Program-made: the position numbers and the translations under genes
In this document: piece after piece, positions 26,343 to 33,996 of the stretch
Layout: the number at the start of each line of letters is the position of its first letter
Numbering within the stretch: the stretch's first letter is position 1
Notes under the pieces: generated by a model
The model's database searches: none
What the model saw: the letters and a program-made list of their open reading frames with translations, nothing else
Told to the model about the DNA's origin: nothing
Origin: Vicinamibacterales bacterium
GTDB taxonomy: Bacteria > Acidobacteriota > Vicinamibacteria > Vicinamibacterales > CAVVIG01
Length of the DNA stretch: 63,067 bases
Assembly: GCA_036489235.1 (NCBI GenBank)
Contig: DASXGC010000064.1
Coordinates: 1-63,067, forward strand
Direction: 5' to 3'

Positions 26343-27614
26343 ATGCGTGTAGTGTCCAGATCGAAACGCCGTCGCAACCAGCCGCTGGCGGCCACTCCTG
26401 ATCCGCCGGCGTCGAACCGGAATCTGTACATCGCCGCCGGCATCAGCCTCGCGGCTGCCGTCGCCGTAACCGCAGCCGTCGCGCTGCGCCGCGATCGGCC
26501 GGCTTCGACCCCGCCGGCGAGTGCTGTCTCGACGCCATTGGCTGCGGCCGGATCGACTGCCGCGCCAGGAGCGACTCACGATCACGCATCCATGCCAGGC
26601 ATGACCGCCGCCGAGTTTGCTACCACCATCCCCAACGTCGCGCCGCCGCCGGGCGAGGCGCCGAAAGGCATGCTCTGGATTCCCGGCGGCGAGTTTTCAA
26701 TGGGCGCCGCCGATCCGCCTGACATGGACGATGTCGGGATGAAGGCGACTACCGATTCGCGGCCGATTCACCGTGTCTACGTCGATGGCTTCTGGATGGA
26801 CGCGACCGTCGTCACCAATACGCAGTTCGACGAATTCGTCCGCGCTACACACTACGTCACCATCGCCGAGCGCGCGCCGTCCGCGGCGGACTTTCCCGGC
26901 GCGCCACCAGAGAATCTCGTCGCCGGCGCGGTGGTGTTCACTCCCCCGGCCCAGCCGGTACCGCTGGACAACTACTTCCGCTGGTGGTCGTACGTGAAAG
27001 GCGCCAACTGGCGGCATCCGCGCGGTCCGGACAGTTCGATCGACGGCAAGGGTAACGACCCGGTCGTCTCGGTGGCGTACGACGATGCCGTGGCTTACGC
27101 GAAATGGAAGGGCACGCGCCTGCCGACCGAAGCGGAGTGGGAATTCGCGGCCCGCGGCGGTTTCAGCGGGAAGCCGTTCGTCTGGGGCGACACTTTTCGT
27201 CCCAACGGCAAGTGGATGGCGAACACGTTTCAGGGCAAGTTCCCGGTCAGCGATCGCGGCGAGGACGGCGCAGTCGGCCTGACCGCTGTCGGCCAGTTCC
27301 CGCCCAATGGTTATGGCCTCTACGACATGGCCGGCAATGTCTGGGAATGGACCAGCGACTGGTACCGGCCCGATTACTACAAGGAGCTGGTGGCCGAGGG
27401 CGGTGTGCCGCGCAATCCGGCAGGACCGATGACGTCGTTCGATCCGTCAGAGCCCAAAGCGCAGAAGCGGGTGCAGCGCGGCGGATCGTTCCTGTGCACG
27501 GACGAGTACTGTTCGCGCTATATGGTCGGTACGCGCGGGAAGGGCGAGCCCGACACCGGCACGAACCACTTGGGCTTCCGCACGATCAAGCCCGGCATCA
27601 GCGCCGCATACTAG
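26343..27614 (+). CDS. Membrane-anchored formylglycine-generating-enzyme (SUMF1/FGE) family protein
   Basis: Motifs ..MLWIPGGEFSMG.., YGLYDMAGNVWEWTSDWY and GGSFLCTDEYCSRY (catalytic Cys pair). The N-terminus has a TM helix and an Ala/Pro linker. Confidence 0.85.
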   Translation: MRVVSRSKRRRNQPLAATPDPPASNRNLYIAAGISLAAAVAVTAAVALRRDRPASTPPASAVSTPLAAAGSTAAPGATHDHASMPGMTAAEFATTIPNVAPPPGEAPKGMLWIPGGEFSMGAADPPDMDDVGMKATTDSRPIHRVYVDGFWMDATVVTNTQFDEFVRATHYVTIAERAPSAADFPGAPPENLVAGAVVFTPPAQPVPLDNYFRWWSYVKGANWRHPRGPDSSIDGKGNDPVVSVAYDDAVAYAKWKGTRLPTEAEWEFAARGGFSGKPFVWGDTFRPNGKWMANTFQGKFPVSDRGEDGAVGLTAVGQFPPNGYGLYDMAGNVWEWTSDWYRPDYYKELVAEGGVPRNPAGPMTSFDPSEPKAQKRVQRGGSFLCTDEYCSRYMVGTRGKGEPDTGTNHLGFRTIKPGISAAY

Positions 27615-27688
27615 TCCGGCGATAGTTCCGACCACGACCCACAGATCCAAAGTACTCAGCGCAGCACCGGCAAGCGTGAAGATCTGTA

Positions 27689-28780
27689 TCACCCGACGTC
27701 GCGCCGGATCAGATGGATCGCCGTCGCTTTGACGACCGCGACCAGCGGCGTCCCTTCCACCAGCGCCAGTTCCTCGAGCGCGGGACGGGTGATGACAGCG
27801 GTCAGCAGAAAGCCGCAATCCACGGTGACGCGAACGACCGCGCCTTCGGGTTGGATCGCGGTCACTCGCCCTTCGAGACGATTACGGGCGCTGGCGTCAG
27901 CCGATCGCGGCACCTCGAGCGTCACGTCCTCTGCGCGAATCGACACGAACACCGTGCGCGCGCCGGCGATTGCGTGGGCCACGCGCAGGTCCACCGCGCC
28001 GACCCGCACTGTGGCGAGCCCGTCGCGAGTGTCGCGAACCTCTCCCGGCACCACCGTCTCCACGCCGACTGACGCGGCGACCTCGACGTCGGCCGGACGG
28101 CTGAATACGTCATGCACGGCCCCGACCTGCCGGATGTAGCCGCCGGACAGCACGGCCATCCGATCGCCAAGCGTCAGCGCGTCGATCCGATCGTGGGTCA
28201 CGACCAGGCTCGGTACGTCGATCGACCGGAGGAATTGCCGCAATTCGCGCCGCATCGGATCGCGGAGCGGAAGGTCGAGCGCGGCGAGAGGCTCGTCGAG
28301 CAGGATGAGGCGCGGATCTCTCGCCAACGCGCGCGCCAACGCCACACGCTGCCGCTCACCGCCCGACAATGTCGAAGGCGATCGTCCGCCGACATTCTTC
28401 AAATGCACCGTGCGCAGCAGTCCTTCGACACGATCCCGCGCCTCCGACGGCGCCGAGTCCATGCCGAACCGGATGTTCTGTTCGACGGTGAGGTGCGGAA
28501 AGAGACCGTAGTCCTGCGACACGTACGCGAGGCGTCGTCGCTGCGGCGAGACGTTGACGCCGGTTGACTCGTCGAACCAGACCTCGTCGCCGAATCGAAT
28601 ACTCCCCTCCTGCGGCCGATCGAGCCCAGCCAGGCAGCGCAGGATCGTGGTCTTCCCCGCCCCCGATGGACCGAACAACACCATCACGTCGGGTTCACCG
28701 GAGTTGAGCTCGAAGTCGGCACGGACGCTGAGGTCAGGTCCGAGCCTCCGCAGGAACGATGCGATCAGGCGTGCGGCCAT
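27689..28780 (-). CDS. modC: Molybdate ABC transporter ATP-binding protein with C-terminal TOBE domain
   Basis: Motifs GPSGAGKTT, LSGGERQRVALARAL and LLDEP. The C-terminal ..GTPLVAVVKATAIHL.. is TOBE-like. Start MAARLIASF overlaps the modB stop. Confidence 0.85.
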   Translation of the reverse strand: MAARLIASFLRRLGPDLSVRADFELNSGEPDVMVLFGPSGAGKTTILRCLAGLDRPQEGSIRFGDEVWFDESTGVNVSPQRRRLAYVSQDYGLFPHLTVEQNIRFGMDSAPSEARDRVEGLLRTVHLKNVGGRSPSTLSGGERQRVALARALARDPRLILLDEPLAALDLPLRDPMRRELRQFLRSIDVPSLVVTHDRIDALTLGDRMAVLSGGYIRQVGAVHDVFSRPADVEVAASVGVETVVPGEVRDTRDGLATVRVGAVDLRVAHAIAGARTVFVSIRAEDVTLEVPRSADASARNRLEGRVTAIQPEGAVVRVTVDCGFLLTAVITRPALEELALVEGTPLVAVVKATAIHLIRRDVG

Positions 28781-29439
28781 CTGCGCCCGGACTTCCGCTG
28801 CGATCGGTAGGTCACCGCGAGCACGACGAACGAAAACAGCAACAACAGCGCCGCGGTCCTTCCCGCCCTCGCATAGTCGAACGCCTGGACATCGTCGTAG
28901 ATCGACACCGACACGGTTCGAGTCCGGCCGGGCAGATTGCCTCCCACCATGAGGACGACGCCAAACTCGCCGAGCGTGTGCGCGAAGCTCAGGACCATGC
29001 CGGCGACGATGCCGGGACGAGCCAGCGGTACCACAATCCTGGTGAAGGTGCGAAGGCGAGACGCGCCAAGGCACCACGCGGTCTCGATCAAGCTGCGATC
29101 GACGGCGGCGAACGCGGCCGCAAACGGTTGGACCGCGAACGGCAGGCTGTAGAGAATCGAGGCGACGAGCAGGCCCTGGAATGAGAAGACAATCGTCCGG
29201 CCGGTAATCGCCTCGTACGCATGTCCGAGCGGACTGCGCGGGCCGAGAGCGACGAGCACGTAAAAACCCAACACGGTCGGCGGAAGCACCAGCGGCAACG
29301 CCACGATTGCGTCAACCGCCCAGCGTCCGCGCCGGTTCGAAAACGCGAGCCACGCAGCGAGCGGCAAGCCGATCAGCAGGAGAATCAGCGTGGTCGAGAT
29401 CGCGAGGCGAACGCTGAGGGCGATGGCCGGCCAGTCCAC
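28765..29439 (-). CDS. modB: Molybdate ABC transporter permease
   Basis: A 224-aa, 5-6-TM permease with an EAA-like loop. ..LPLVLPPTVLGFYVL.. is typical of ModB. Confidence 0.85.
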   Translation of the reverse strand: MDWPAIALSVRLAISTTLILLLIGLPLAAWLAFSNRRGRWAVDAIVALPLVLPPTVLGFYVLVALGPRSPLGHAYEAITGRTIVFSFQGLLVASILYSLPFAVQPFAAAFAAVDRSLIETAWCLGASRLRTFTRIVVPLARPGIVAGMVLSFAHTLGEFGVVLMVGGNLPGRTRTVSVSIYDDVQAFDYARAGRTAALLLLFSFVVLAVTYRSQRKSGRRWPHA

Positions 29440-29457
29440 CGCCCTATGCTACAGCGG

Positions 29458-30045
29458 CTAGAATAGGAACTTGACGCCGAGTTGTCCGACGCGGGGATCG
29501 AGCGCCGTCGTGATCGTTCCGAAATTCGCCGCGCCCTGCACGGCGTTCGGCGAGCCGAGGTTCACCGTGTTGAACAGATTGAAGACCTCCAACCGGACCT
29601 CGATCGACATGCCGCGGTTGAGAAGAACGCGGCGAATCAGCGCCATGTCGACCTCGCGATACGACGGCCCGCGGACCGGATTGCGGCTCGCGGTCCCGAT
29701 CGCGAACTGAGGCGTGGTGGTGAACGTCGTGGTATCGAACCAGCGCGAGGCGATCCGCTGATCCGCCGGCAGCGTCGGGTCGCTGACTTGATTCGGACGC
29801 TGTACACCGAAACCCGCGAACGCGTTGAAATTGGTGGTCTGCGTCACCGCGATCGGAATGCCCGACTCCATCGTGATCAACGACGTGATGCTCCAGTCGT
29901 TGACAATGGCGCCGGCGACGCCGTGTACTTGATGGGCGCGGCTGGCGCCGAACGGAATGTCCCAGAGCACAGAGGACACGAACACGTTCGGCATGTCGCC
30001 GGTCGAATAGTCGCGCTCGAGCGCGCGATTGAAACTGTCCGCCAC
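29458..30045 (-). pseudogene. Orphan C-terminal ~195 aa of a TonB-dependent outer-membrane receptor
   Basis: Only the last barrel strands are present, ending ..GQLGVKFLF (terminal aromatic residue). There is no plug or N-terminal barrel. It lies in the same frame as the upstream gene, separated by a TAG and 3 codons. Confidence 0.6.
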
Positions 30046-30054
30046 CGGGTAGCT

Positions 30055-31227
30055 CTAATACGACTTGCTTACGACCCAGGGATCGGCAAAACGCTGATCG
30101 TGCAGCAGCGGTTCATCAGTCAGGGCGGTGAGGAACGCGATCAGGTCGGCGCGCTGCTCCGGCGTCAGCGTGAAGCCGCGAACCGTCGGACTCCGGTTCG
30201 GATTGGCGTGTCCGTTACCGCGATTGGGACCGTCGCTGATCGTTCGGCCGCCGGCTTCGTAGTGCGCCAGCACATCCTCGAGCGTGGCAATGCTGCCGTC
30301 GTGCATGTACGGCGCCGTCACCGCGATGTTGCGGAGCGTCGGCGCCTTGAATTTCCCGACGTCCTCGGCCTTCCCGGTCACCTCGTAGATGCCGGTGTTC
30401 GGCGGCGGATACGACAACGCGCCGGCGAGGTTGTACAGGCCGGTGTTGTGAAATTCGATCTCGGTATCGCGGTGCCCCTCGAAATCCACGGCGCCCGACA
30501 TGTTGAAGCCGCCGTGGCAGCGGAAACACGACAGCGGCTGACTGAAGAACAACGTCTCGCCTCGACGTGCGGCCGGCGGAATCGCGTTGTCGTCACGGTC
30601 GTCGTGATACCGGTCGTACGGTGACCGCGCCGAAATGATCGTGCGCTCGAAACAGGCCAGCGCCTGGGTCACGTGGTCGACCGAAAATGGATCGCCGCCC
30701 GGACCGAAGGCCTGCTCGAACAACGTCGGGTAACGCGGGTCCTGGCGCAGCCGCTCCAGCAAGGCCGTTCCCGGCCGTTGCAGTCCGAGTTCGATTGGGT
30801 GGTCGCCGAACATCGGCACCAGCGCCTGGTCCTCGAGTTTCGTCATCGCCGGGTTGCCCCAGGTCAGCGCCGCGGCGTAGGCCACATTTACCAGGCTCAT
30901 GGCGCCGCGCGGATGCACTTCGCCGGTCGAACCCACCGCCCGAGGCTTGCCGTCGGTAAAGGCGCGCGCCTGCTCATGACAGCTGCTGCACGACTGGGTA
31001 CCGTTGGTCGAGAGACGGGTGTCGTAGAACAGGTAGCGACCGAGCTCCGCTTTTGCGGCGGACATCGGATTGGTTGCGGGAATGCGCGGCTTGGGAAACG
31101 TCTTCGGGATGCTCGAGAAGTACCCGGCCGGCGGCGTCTGCGGCAGCTGAGCGGGCACGGCCGCCAGAACCAGCGTGGCCGACCACACCGCAACGGCGGC
31201 GCCGAGTGCCCTGCTGCTCGCGATCAT
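30055..31227 (-). CDS. Di-heme cytochrome c peroxidase-family enzyme (MauG/MbnH-like)
   Basis: Signal peptide and two heme sites, CSSCH and CFRCH. ..LGRYLFYDTRLS.. and ..APTLRNIAVTAPYMHDGS.. are typical of the family. The ATG overlaps the upstream stop (ATGA). Confidence 0.8.
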   Translation of the reverse strand: MIASSRALGAAVAVWSATLVLAAVPAQLPQTPPAGYFSSIPKTFPKPRIPATNPMSAAKAELGRYLFYDTRLSTNGTQSCSSCHEQARAFTDGKPRAVGSTGEVHPRGAMSLVNVAYAAALTWGNPAMTKLEDQALVPMFGDHPIELGLQRPGTALLERLRQDPRYPTLFEQAFGPGGDPFSVDHVTQALACFERTIISARSPYDRYHDDRDDNAIPPAARRGETLFFSQPLSCFRCHGGFNMSGAVDFEGHRDTEIEFHNTGLYNLAGALSYPPPNTGIYEVTGKAEDVGKFKAPTLRNIAVTAPYMHDGSIATLEDVLAHYEAGGRTISDGPNRGNGHANPNRSPTVRGFTLTPEQRADLIAFLTALTDEPLLHDQRFADPWVVSKSY

Positions 31228-31763
31228 TTCACCGCGCGGACGACCTCGATGCGCTGCAGCATCCGAATCGATCGCGCACCCCGCTTGTCGTGTGGCGCGA
31301 CGATACGCAGCGGTCCCTGGTAGTCGAAGAGCGGATTGCCGTCGATAGTATCGGCGACGATGATGTCGTTCGGCGTGAACGCAGGATCCAACTCCGCAAG
31401 CGAAAAGACGACCTGGTAGCCATCCTTGGCGGTGGCCTGGACGTAAGTCGTCAGCGCCTTTCCCGACAGCTCCCGACCAAGGGGCGCTCCCGCGCGCTTC
31501 AGCAGCTCGCCGACCAGGACGCCTTCGTAGTGCACCTCCTTGGCTTCCTCGCTCACGGTGACGGCGGTACGGGGCATCGTCTTGAGCTCGGCTGGCGTGA
31601 TCGCGAACGGCTTCGGGATGTCGCCGCCAATCTGCAACGTCGCGTCCGCAGCGACCGCAGCGGCCTGACCACTCGCTACGGCAACCGTCCGCGATCCAAC
31701 CACGAGGACGAAAGCCAAGGCGGCGGCCGACACCCCTGCGCGGGAACGGACGTGGGGCTTCAT
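31224..31763 (-). CDS. Small exported protein with an oxidoreductase molybdopterin-binding (SUOX-fold)-like domain
   Basis: Signal peptide, then L.IGGD..KPF.IT.AELK.MP...V......YEGVL.GELLKRAG....DGY.VVFSLAE...GPLRIV.P.D..GARS...L..I.V. This pattern matches my recollection of short molybdopterin-binding domain proteins. Confidence 0.5.
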   Translation of the reverse strand: MKPHVRSRAGVSAAALAFVLVVGSRTVAVASGQAAAVAADATLQIGGDIPKPFAITPAELKTMPRTAVTVSEEAKEVHYEGVLVGELLKRAGAPLGRELSGKALTTYVQATAKDGYQVVFSLAELDPAFTPNDIIVADTIDGNPLFDYQGPLRIVAPHDKRGARSIRMLQRIEVVRAVK

Positions 31764-31843
31764 GATCGGAAAGTTTACACCAGAGGCGGCTTGAACCGGC
31801 CCGGCAGTCGCCTCTCCCCGTGCTGAACCGGCTACAATGAACT

Positions 31844-32620
31844 GTGCTCTCGAGAATGCGCGTTGCGCTTGTGTCGGTGGTCGCAACGTTTGCGCTGAGC
31901 GGGCTGGCGCTCGCCCAGGATCTGACCGTCGCGGCCGCGTCAGACCTGCAGTCCGCACTGCCAGCCGTGACAGCGCAGTTCGAGAAGGACACCGGCCATC
32001 ACGTCAGCCTCACCTTTGGATCCTCCGGCAATTTCTTCACCCAGATCGAAAACGGCGCACCGTTCGACGTGTTTCTTTCCGCCGACATCGACTATCCGCG
32101 CCAGCTCGAACGATCGGGCAAAGGCGAACGCGGCACGCTGTACGCATACGCCACAGGCCGCCTCGTGCTCTGGACCCGCAATGATTCCGGAATCGACCTG
32201 CACCGCGGTCTCGTAGTGCTGACGGAGGGCCGCGTCAAGCGGGTCGCGATTGCCAATCCGGAACACGCGCCCTACGGGCGCGCCGCGATGGCCGCCTTAC
32301 ATCACGAAGAGGTCTACAACCGCGTCATCGAGAAGCTGGTGATCGGCGAGAACATTGCGCAGACCGCGCAATTCGTTCAATTCGGCAGCGCTGACGTCGC
32401 CATCATCGCGCTTTCCCTGGCGCTGTCGCCGGCCTTGCAAAAGGACGGTACCTACGTCGAGATCCCCGAGAGCGCTCACCCGCCGATCGAGCAGGCGGCC
32501 ATTGCCATCGCCGCCTCGCGCCAACTGGCGCTCGCTCGACAGTTCATCGACTATCTGAAGCGTCCCGAGACTGCCCGCCTGCTGCAATCACTGGGCTTCG
32601 CCGCCGCGCCGATCCGCTGA
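31844..32620 (+). CDS. modA: Molybdate ABC transporter periplasmic substrate-binding protein
   Basis: Signal peptide, then ..LTVAAASDLQ..TFGSSG..QIENGAPFDVFLSAD.., typical of ModA. An alternative ATG start lies at 31856. Confidence 0.85.
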   Translation: MLSRMRVALVSVVATFALSGLALAQDLTVAAASDLQSALPAVTAQFEKDTGHHVSLTFGSSGNFFTQIENGAPFDVFLSADIDYPRQLERSGKGERGTLYAYATGRLVLWTRNDSGIDLHRGLVVLTEGRVKRVAIANPEHAPYGRAAMAALHHEEVYNRVIEKLVIGENIAQTAQFVQFGSADVAIIALSLALSPALQKDGTYVEIPESAHPPIEQAAIAIAASRQLALARQFIDYLKRPETARLLQSLGFAAAPIR

Positions 32621-32663
32621 TCCGCGGTATGATTCGAGTCGGTTTTTGGAGGCTGAGCCGACT

Positions 32664-33125
32664 ATGTCGCTTCTAACCGTCAGGGTCGCTGCGGAGCGGA
32701 TGGGTATCGGGTACTCGACGCTGAAGCAGTGGATTCATCAGGGCAAGATCCGCACGACCCAGACCGCCGGCGGCCATCATCGTCTATCGGAGGCCGAGGT
32801 GGACCGGATGATCGCCCGGCACACACCGGCCGGACCGAAAGCGGGACGGCGAGAGACCGGTCCCACCGGCGTCATCGTTTCGCTCAGCGGGCGCAATCGC
32901 CTCCGCGGCTTCGTCGAAGAGGTTCGCATCGACGGCCTGATGGGCCAGGTCCGCCTCCGTATCGGCGATCAGACCCTCACGGCCGTCATCACCAGCGACG
33001 CACTCACGGAACTCAAACTTCGCCGAGGCGACGACGCGCTGGCGATCATCAAGTCGACCGAGGTGATGATCGCGCGCGAAGCGGACGCGGTCAGGCCGGT
33101 GCGCCGGCGCGCGGTTCGTCGCTGA
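32664..33125 (+). CDS. Excisionase/MerR-type HTH fused to a TOBE (Mop) domain, putative molybdate-responsive regulator
   Basis: The N-terminal ..VAAERMGIGYSTLKQWIHQGKI..T.GGHHR is an HTH. The C-terminal GRNRLRGFVEEVRIDGLMGQVRLRIGD..LTAVITSDA..ELKL..GD...AIIKSTEVMI is a TOBE domain. Confidence 0.75.
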   Translation: MSLLTVRVAAERMGIGYSTLKQWIHQGKIRTTQTAGGHHRLSEAEVDRMIARHTPAGPKAGRRETGPTGVIVSLSGRNRLRGFVEEVRIDGLMGQVRLRIGDQTLTAVITSDALTELKLRRGDDALAIIKSTEVMIAREADAVRPVRRRAVRR

Positions 33126-33336
33126 CCGGCCGCTCCTTCCTCCGACTTCCGCGTCGTTCCTGCTCTGCTCGAGCACGGCCATTCAAGCCGTATCGAATCG
33201 ATTTACATGGCGTTTCAGTTCGGTTAGTATCGTGATCTACTTGCGACGACGCGGCACTCCGTGATCAGGCCCCGGGTCGTTTCAGGCGATCGGCGTGGCC
33301 TGGCGCGCCGGCGTCGCCAGTCCGCGAGGGAGATCC

Positions 33337-33732
33337 GTGGCACGAGTCGAACGGGCGCCCCTCTGCGACCTCGCATATTTTGATGCGTACAAGAACCTGT
33401 GCGTCATCGGCGCGCAGACGCAAACGCCGGTGGCGACGTTCTCTGCCGGAACCCACCGCCTGACGATTGCCGCACGTCTCGCCGGCCTGCAACCGCGGCC
33501 GGATGTCGCCGTGTCCATGCTCGTTCCCGACGGCGGGCCGTGCGACTCCACCTGGGAGCGGATGGACATCGAATCGGTCGGTGATTACCCGCTCGTCCGT
33601 CTCGCCGGCGTGCCGATGACTGAAGAAGGCATTTACCGGTTCGAAGTGTCCTTGTACGAACGCGAGCTGACCTCGATCGACATTCCGGTCCAGGTCATCG
33701 CCCATCGGAGCGACCATGCCGGACTCGTTTGA
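33337..33732 (+). CDS. Hypothetical protein (131 aa)
   Basis: GGGAG RBS before the GTG at 33337. The translation looks coding and carries no known motif. Confidence 0.45.
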   Translation: MARVERAPLCDLAYFDAYKNLCVIGAQTQTPVATFSAGTHRLTIAARLAGLQPRPDVAVSMLVPDGGPCDSTWERMDIESVGDYPLVRLAGVPMTEEGIYRFEVSLYERELTSIDIPVQVIAHRSDHAGLV

Positions 33733-33961
33733 GTTATCCCGTTACCTGATCGCCCTGTTCGCCAGTGGCGTGTTCTGGATGATGGTGCTGTTTTTCGTCG
33801 AGAAGGCGTGGCTGCGCAGCCGCCTTCCAGGCGCGGCCATTGCCGCCACGCTGGTGCTCGCGCTGTCCGCGTGGGCCCTCTTCCGCGTGGTCGTGGACGA
33901 TGGCTCGTGGAGGGTGACGGCAGGCCAGAGCAGCGAGATGAGCGCCGACGCCGATCGCTGA
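33716..33961 (+). CDS. Small membrane protein (81 aa)
   Basis: Two hydrophobic helices. It overlaps the upstream gene by 17 nt. Confidence 0.4.
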   Translation: MPDSFELSRYLIALFASGVFWMMVLFFVEKAWLRSRLPGAAIAATLVLALSAWALFRVVVDDGSWRVTAGQSSEMSADADR

Positions 33962-33972
33962 AGCACACCGCA

Positions 33973-33993
33973 GGGGCGGAGCTGGCTCAGCCC
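33973..33993. repeat. Degenerate copy of the REP-like GGGGCGGAGC palindrome
   Basis: GGGGCGGAGC-tg-GCTCAGCCC lies between convergent genes. One arm carries a mismatch. Confidence 0.5.
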
Positions 33994-33996
33994 GGG

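Noticed and set aside
31228-31992. N-terminal 255 aa of track ORF 30055..31992 (645 aa)
   Set aside because: This part overlaps the SUOX-fold gene out of frame and is Arg-rich nonsense. The di-heme protein clearly starts at MIASSRALG, with a signal peptide, at 31227.
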